Part shown: piece by piece, positions 60,908 through 64,000 of the stretch | Layout: each line of letters begins with the position of its first letter | How positions within the stretch are numbered: the stretch's first letter is position 1 | Source of the DNA: Aplysia californica | Taxonomy: Eukaryota | Assembly: GCF_000002075.1 (NCBI RefSeq) | Contig: NW_004797591.1 | Span: 671,142-735,141, forward strand | Direction: 5' to 3' | Length of the DNA: 64,000 nucleotides | Program-made: the position numbers and the translations under genes | The notes under the pieces: model-generated | Told to the model about the DNA's origin: nothing | Seen by the model: only the letters and a program-made list of their open reading frames with translations | The model's database searches: none

Positions 60908-63900
60908 GATGTGAGAGAGTTTACTAGTGTGTACAAAACTCACCTTACTGATTTTGACAAAAACTTCAGCTAGAAAATATGAAGTTGCTGGGCTTATACA
61001 TATATTACATGTGTAGTGATTTTTTATTTTTGTATATTTCTTTTTTATGTTGTGTTGAAAGGTTGATGATCTTTCAATTGTTCTTTTATGACATGGGCTA
61101 GATGTGACTAATTATTTATAGAATGTACATATTTTTTTTCTTTTTGATATATATGATATGGGCTTGAATTTTTACTTTTACCAAACAGAAAGCCTTGAGG
61201 CAGTCCTGAGGCTTGCACATGGAGGGTGTTTTATGAAGCAAGTGACCTATAAATTTAAGAGTTGGGAGTTTATTTGTTGACAAAAATTGAACAGCCCTTA
61301 TGATTTTAAGATGGTAAGTCTCGCTAAATTGAGATGGATTCTCAGCCTTCTATGATATTTGACTTTCCAATTACGATCCTTTGAAATTAACATACATTCT
61401 GTTATGTGAAAAGATGTGAGAGAGAGAGAGTGGCGTTGATACCCTAGTGGTTAGGCTACCGGGCTCGGCGCCCCCCCCCCCCCCAAAGTTTGAATAAAAA
61501 AATAAAAAAATAAAAGAAATAAAAAAATAAATTAAAAAATGCTCCCTCCCGTGCATTACAATTGTATTTAGAAGGTTTGTTGGTCACAAGGGGCTGAGGT
61601 GATTGTTGAACATGTTTTTGTAATCTCTACATCAGTATTTGATAATAATCCCCCCCCTCCCATTTAAAAAGAAAGAATAACATGCAAAGCTGGTGCCAGA
61701 GACAAACACAAGTATTATTTTATTTGGCTGATGTTGAAGCATTTTTATAGGAGTGAATCTCTTTAAAAAAAATTGTTCTTACATGTCTGTGGTGAAATGG
61801 GGCCTGCTGAGTGTGCAAGTACATTAATTTTGTTTTCTTTTGTACATGAATAAAGCGTTGAGTGCATTGTATGCTACTGCTGAGACTTAATCTTGAGCTC
61901 TCAATGGGGAGTGGTCCAAGGTTGAACGCTCCAGATTTGGAGACACTGGTACCCTGAATTGAGATCTTGCATACACATCTGTTTCAATACAAGTTATGTT
62001 CGTTATTTTTTTACTTCCAGGAAAATAAAAATTCCTCCAGGGATTTCTGAAAGCTGTAGTTTAGAAAATGGAACCAAAGTGCTTGCTGTCCTTCTGTGAT
62101 ATAGTGGAGAAGCCATGACACTGGCAGCCTCTTTTCTCTTGACCCTTCGTCCAGGCCTTGGCAGAGACATAGAGGTAGCCTTCAGACTAGGACTTGTAAG
62201 GGGATGAGCCAAACAGAGCAGGGGGATGCTACTATTTTGGGGAGATGGGGGGTGGGGAGGGAAATGACTGCAATAGAAAAGGGAAGTGCAGCACACAAGA
62301 GTTTGGTCCCATAGCTCTTTGTTATCTAAGATTGTTTTCGAAATTGACCGAAGGAAAAAGAAACTGAGATAAGAAATGAGAGAATGGGTGGGCACTGGGT
62401 TCGTAGGTGGGTCCTGTTATGTTTACAGTGTTTTCAAAACTATTACTGCCCTTATCATTTATTGTTATCGACCAGGAGACCAGGCAAGCTTATTCTCAGG
62501 AAGCATAGTTACATTAAGCAACACTAAGGTAACTCAGCTTCAGAAAGAATTATGGGTTCATGTTTTTCTAATTCTCTCACCATACTAGTACAAGCTGTTA
62601 GTTATTATTTGAATCTGTAGTTATTCTAGAAACATTTTTGTTGCCAGTATGATATGTCAGGTTTTTTTTCGTGTTTGTGGAATTACTGCATAAACTTAAA
62701 GCAGAATATATGGTCATGACAAGATCAAGTTATCCATGTTTGACTGTATTTGATTTGATATCTTAATTCAAATGTGTAAGCAGTCTTAGACTTCCTTTTG
62801 CACACTCAGAGATTTCTACCACTCTAATACTAATATGGCATGGTCTCTTCCTGTGGTGTAGTAAGTATTCCGGACCAGTTTTAGTGAACCACTTGATTCA
62901 GATTTTTAGGTATTTTTATACGTTAGTTTGTGTAATATGTGACACCTGTGACTTGCAGTAACTTGTATTGATGTGGACTGCGATCTGCTGTATTGGTATT
63001 AACTGAATTGGTTACGTAAACGAACATTTTCTGTCATTCTGTAACAGGATGCTTTCTGGACTATTAAATAATTATGTGATGCAATAGGAATATAAGCTCT
63101 TTTTCCTGTCTTCTTTTCAAGTCTTTGAGTAGCTTTTGCTGTAGATTGCTGGCTCAGATAATCTGCCTGTCCATGTTGTCCAGTCCCTAGGTCTTCTTTT
63201 GTATCACCCCTCTCTAGCTCAATATGGCTCTAAGTTGGAACAGATTACAACTTAGAGGAAAATAACTGATAGTAGTGATAGTATTTGTGAGGCTTTCTGA
63301 CAACCTGGGTTACGTTTTGGATGTTGGCCTTATGGAAAAAGATATTAAAAATTTATAGATTGAATGGTTGAGTTTGTACATTTTATTAGTATGAAATGAT
63401 AAAAGACATAAAACTTGGAGAAAATGACATCATTTGGCAATCCACAAATTTGACCCCTGTGTAAATTTTCGGCCAATGCCTCCTTATGTGGATTGCAAGA
63501 AGTAATTCATTTTGTCATGAGGCCTCACATTTTATGACACTGATCAACTAACTGAGTGATTTACTCAGGCCTTGATAATGCAGTCAATTTTCTTTTTAAG
63601 GCCTATGACATATTTTAGCAAATGTTCATTACCTTTGAGGAAAGTTACTTGAAGGTCATATCCGCTAGCTAACATGCCTTGAATCTGTGGGTTTGTACGG
63701 GCCTCAGGGATGGGAAGGTGGATGATATGGAGCACTGGTCATCTTGGAGGACAAATATTTTATCTTTGTCCAAAACCTAAGAAACTAGTCTGAGTTTGGA
63801 AAAAAGCCCCCATATGTATGTAAATGTCAGCTTAAGGGAGATATCTAAGGGGGGATGGGATGGTACGAGTATGAAATATTTTGTCTTTTTATTTCTCTTC

Positions 63901-64000
63901 TTTGTATAGAGCTATATAAAATTTATATATATAGAAGCTGTCTGTGGATATGAGGTTTAGCTACGTAATGAAATATTTTATTTTTGTAATGATTTTTTGT

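Overview
Animal (intron-rich, TE-rich) genomic scaffold with nine short N gaps; a mollusc, possibly a gastropod, is my guess from the SINE types and AGATCT/AGGCCT-rich repeats. I assembled two divergently oriented protein-coding genes by hand. (1) A 12-coding-exon minus-strand gene (28423->6640, about 441 aa) has the exon layout and fold of adenosine kinase (PfkB/ribokinase family). Essentially every catalytic or substrate-binding motif is substituted (GNPLLD->GHPFLT, NxxE->DLEC, DTxGAGD->DFYGVNY), yet the frame and splice sites are intact, so it is a candidate pseudoenzyme. It also carries extra N- and C-terminal tails. (2) A two-coding-exon plus-strand SLC35D3-like nucleotide-sugar transporter (51692-53536, about 373 aa). 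The rest is largely transposon material, much of it with readable target-site duplications (TSDs): a near full-length RTE LINE nested in an RNase H-bearing LINE, other LINE remnants, a mariner remnant, several hAT, Tc1/pogo, piggyBac and Kolobok-like MITEs, and two tRNA-derived SINE families. There is also a large imperfect inverted repeat and a perfect 29-bp hairpin.
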